Shown here one piece after another: positions 61,861 to 64,000 of a stretch of 64,000 nucleotides of DNA. The notes under the pieces are model-generated. The model saw nothing but the letters and a program-made list of their open reading frames with translations. It had not been told where the DNA came from and searched no databases. Within the stretch, counting starts at the first letter, position 1. Every line of letters begins with the position of its first letter. This stretch comes from Callorhinchus milii. Its lineage: Eukaryota. A program made the position numbers and the translations under genes. The stretch lies in the NCBI RefSeq assembly GCF_018977255.1, contig NW_024704742.1, positions 102,426,001 to 102,490,000 on the forward strand, in the 5' to 3' direction.

Positions 61861-62989
61861 ATGGTATAATCTATATATAAAGATTGCGATTTCAGTGTAA
61901 GAAAGATGAATGTCAGTTCGATGTGTTGAATTTTCAAGGTCAACATGTAATGGCCCTGGTCTTTAAAGGACAATGTTTAGCGAGATTGATGAGCTGTACT
62001 TTGATTCATCAGAAGGACGTTACGAGAAAATGACACAATGATTTACGTCATTGCATCGTTCACAAACAAATGGAAAAAAAGGTTTGTAAAGTAATTTTTC
62101 ATACAGTGCACCTCTCATAAAAACAAATATCTCAAAGTGCTTTAGGGAATGCGATTAATTGGAAACGAAGTGAAGACAGTTATGAAGGCAACCCTCAGCT
62201 ATTATACAGCAATGTCCCTTTAACACTAGACCAGTCAGAGCTTCAGCTTGAGGTTCAGTTTTCAAGCCTGTTCACGGCCTGGTGAACACAACATTGCTGA
62301 AAGAGGGAAGAGAGTACATGAGGTTTTTTCAATTTCCAATTTCATTTTTGAGGGCCTAATCCTAATAATGCAACTGTGAGCAAGTCTGCCCAGTGCACCG
62401 AGAGACATAGGACACAGCGTCCATACAGACCAATAGAAAATATGGATTGCAACTCACTACACCAGACTGACAGAAACACTGGACACTATAGGTCAGTTAG
62501 GTCTAAGACTAGAGGGATTTTGTGAGATGCTAGAACCACTTTTTATGTTTCATAAATGCACTTTAAGAGCTGAATGATGCAATCTGCTAATTAACACATC
62601 CATTGAGATCAGAAAATGTGCATCATTCAGCATATTAAATAGGCCGTGTTGATCATGAATTTGGCTCATGCATTGGACTACTGATTAGCGGCACGGGGGC
62701 TTTATTTTGCCATTTTTGTTTACCTAAGCCTGTATACCATTAACCAGCTGCCTAGCATTGTAATCTGTGTGTTGAACTTCCCAATGCCCACAGCCGCCTA
62801 CTCCAGATGACCATAGAGAATGGTAGAAGGGATTTGGCTCCTGCGCACCCGGGAACCAGTGATTGTGTTAATCATCATAAAGTCACTAATTTCAGTGCGT
62901 GTGTTGGCACTAATAGTGTTAATTGGCAAGAAGTAGGAAGTGGTGTTCCACATGGACCGCTCTGCTGTTCACCACATAAATAAATGATT

Positions 62990-63685
62990 TGGACTCAGAT
63001 ATATGAGGTATTGTGTCACTAAATACTAAATTGTGACACACTAAACTGGTGAAGGATTTCAACATGCTGAACATAAATAGATTGTTTGCAATTGGCATGT
63101 TCATAACAAGTAAGCAGAAATTGAAGATAGCCACTAACAGATCTATGAGAGTTTGGGAGAAACCTCTTTCCGTAGAGGGTGGTGAGAATGTGGAACTCAC
63201 TGCCAGGCGCTGTGTTTGAAGTGGGAAGCATTTAAGAGGAAATATGATACATGCATGAGAGAAGAGGGGTGAGGGGAAGCTAGGAAGGGAGTATATATTA
63301 ATAATAATAATCCTTGCATTTGATATAGTGCTTTTCACATCTTCTAGACGTCTCAAAGCGCTTCACAGAATGTGCTGTAAAGTGAATTGACCGTATATTT
63401 GTGGGTGAAACGTGGCAGCCAATTGCGCACAGCAGTGTCCCACAAACAGTCGTGGATTGAAAATGACCAATTTATCATTGGTTTCTTTTGGAGGGATTAT
63501 TATCAGGCGTGTGGAGTAAGGAAACTTGCCCAAGGTTTCGCCCTGCCGGGAATTGAACCCAGGTGTCTCACTTGCAAGGCAAGTGCTCTAACCACTGAGC
63601 TACAAGACTCCAGTAATATGGAGTATAACACCAGCATAAACTAGGTTATCTGAATGGCTTGTTTCACTGTTGTACATTCTATCTT
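62990..63685 (+). mobile_element. CR1 3' fragment interrupted by a SINE
   Basis: GAGGGTGGTGAGAATGTGGAACTCACTGCCA (RVVRMWNSLP); 3' UTR resumes at about 63620 (GGAGTATAACACCAGCAT...TGAATGGCTTGTTTC). Confidence 0.8.
63299..63611 (-). mobile_element. SINE family A, short subtype, inserted in CR1
   Basis: Complete head, TAGAA loop, (ATT)n. Confidence 0.93.
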
Positions 63686-64000
63686 TTTAACACATCACAC
63701 GTCTCAATTTTTGCCCTGTAGCCCTTTGAGGCAGTAACTACACCGGATGCCTGAAATTCCACCAAGACGTTCCCAATAAGCCTATTTCATCTTAAATTTT
63801 AAGATTTTAAATTTCAAGATCTTAAATTAAGTTATACTTTAAAAGATGGATCCATTTGAATATGGACTTTCAAATTATATTTTCCACAGTTCTGCATGAC
63901 CTTAAAAATTGAAGGCAAGATTTACTTTTTGGCTAAGAGGAGATGGAATTTCTAACCTCCGGTGAAATGGTCTGAATAGTTGGTTAATGTAGTTGCATTT

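Overview
Non-coding vertebrate genomic DNA, almost certainly from a cartilaginous fish. The repeat content points to a chimaera (holocephalan); this is inferred from memory of the repeat families, not from a search. No host protein-coding exon, rRNA, genuine tRNA or CRISPR array could be recognised, so the window reads as a long intron or gene desert. It is dominated by retroposons: (i) a young tRNA-Ala-headed SINE (about 15 copies, long and internally deleted short subtypes) whose 3' hairpin tail is shared with L2 LINEs; (ii) an older Deu-domain SINE (SacSINE1/AmnSINE1-like); (iii) a third old tRNA-like SINE; (iv) L2 LINE fragments, including an APE endonuclease piece and a 341-codon YADD reverse-transcriptase frame; (v) CR1 3' fragments; (vi) two Penelope-type ends carrying hammerhead-ribozyme cores. 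Non-autonomous DNA transposons and foldbacks are also present: a 501-bp hAT element with an exact 8-bp TSD, several palindromic MITE-like elements, and a 148-bp palindrome with perfect 47-bp arms. Almost all listed ORFs are repeat-derived or chance. The most notable observations are the hammerhead motifs, the perfect-armed palindrome, a snap-back hairpin at a CR1 5' junction, apparent SINE tail exchange with L2, and an unnamed hairpin-bearing dispersed repeat. Boundaries of degraded repeats are approximate.
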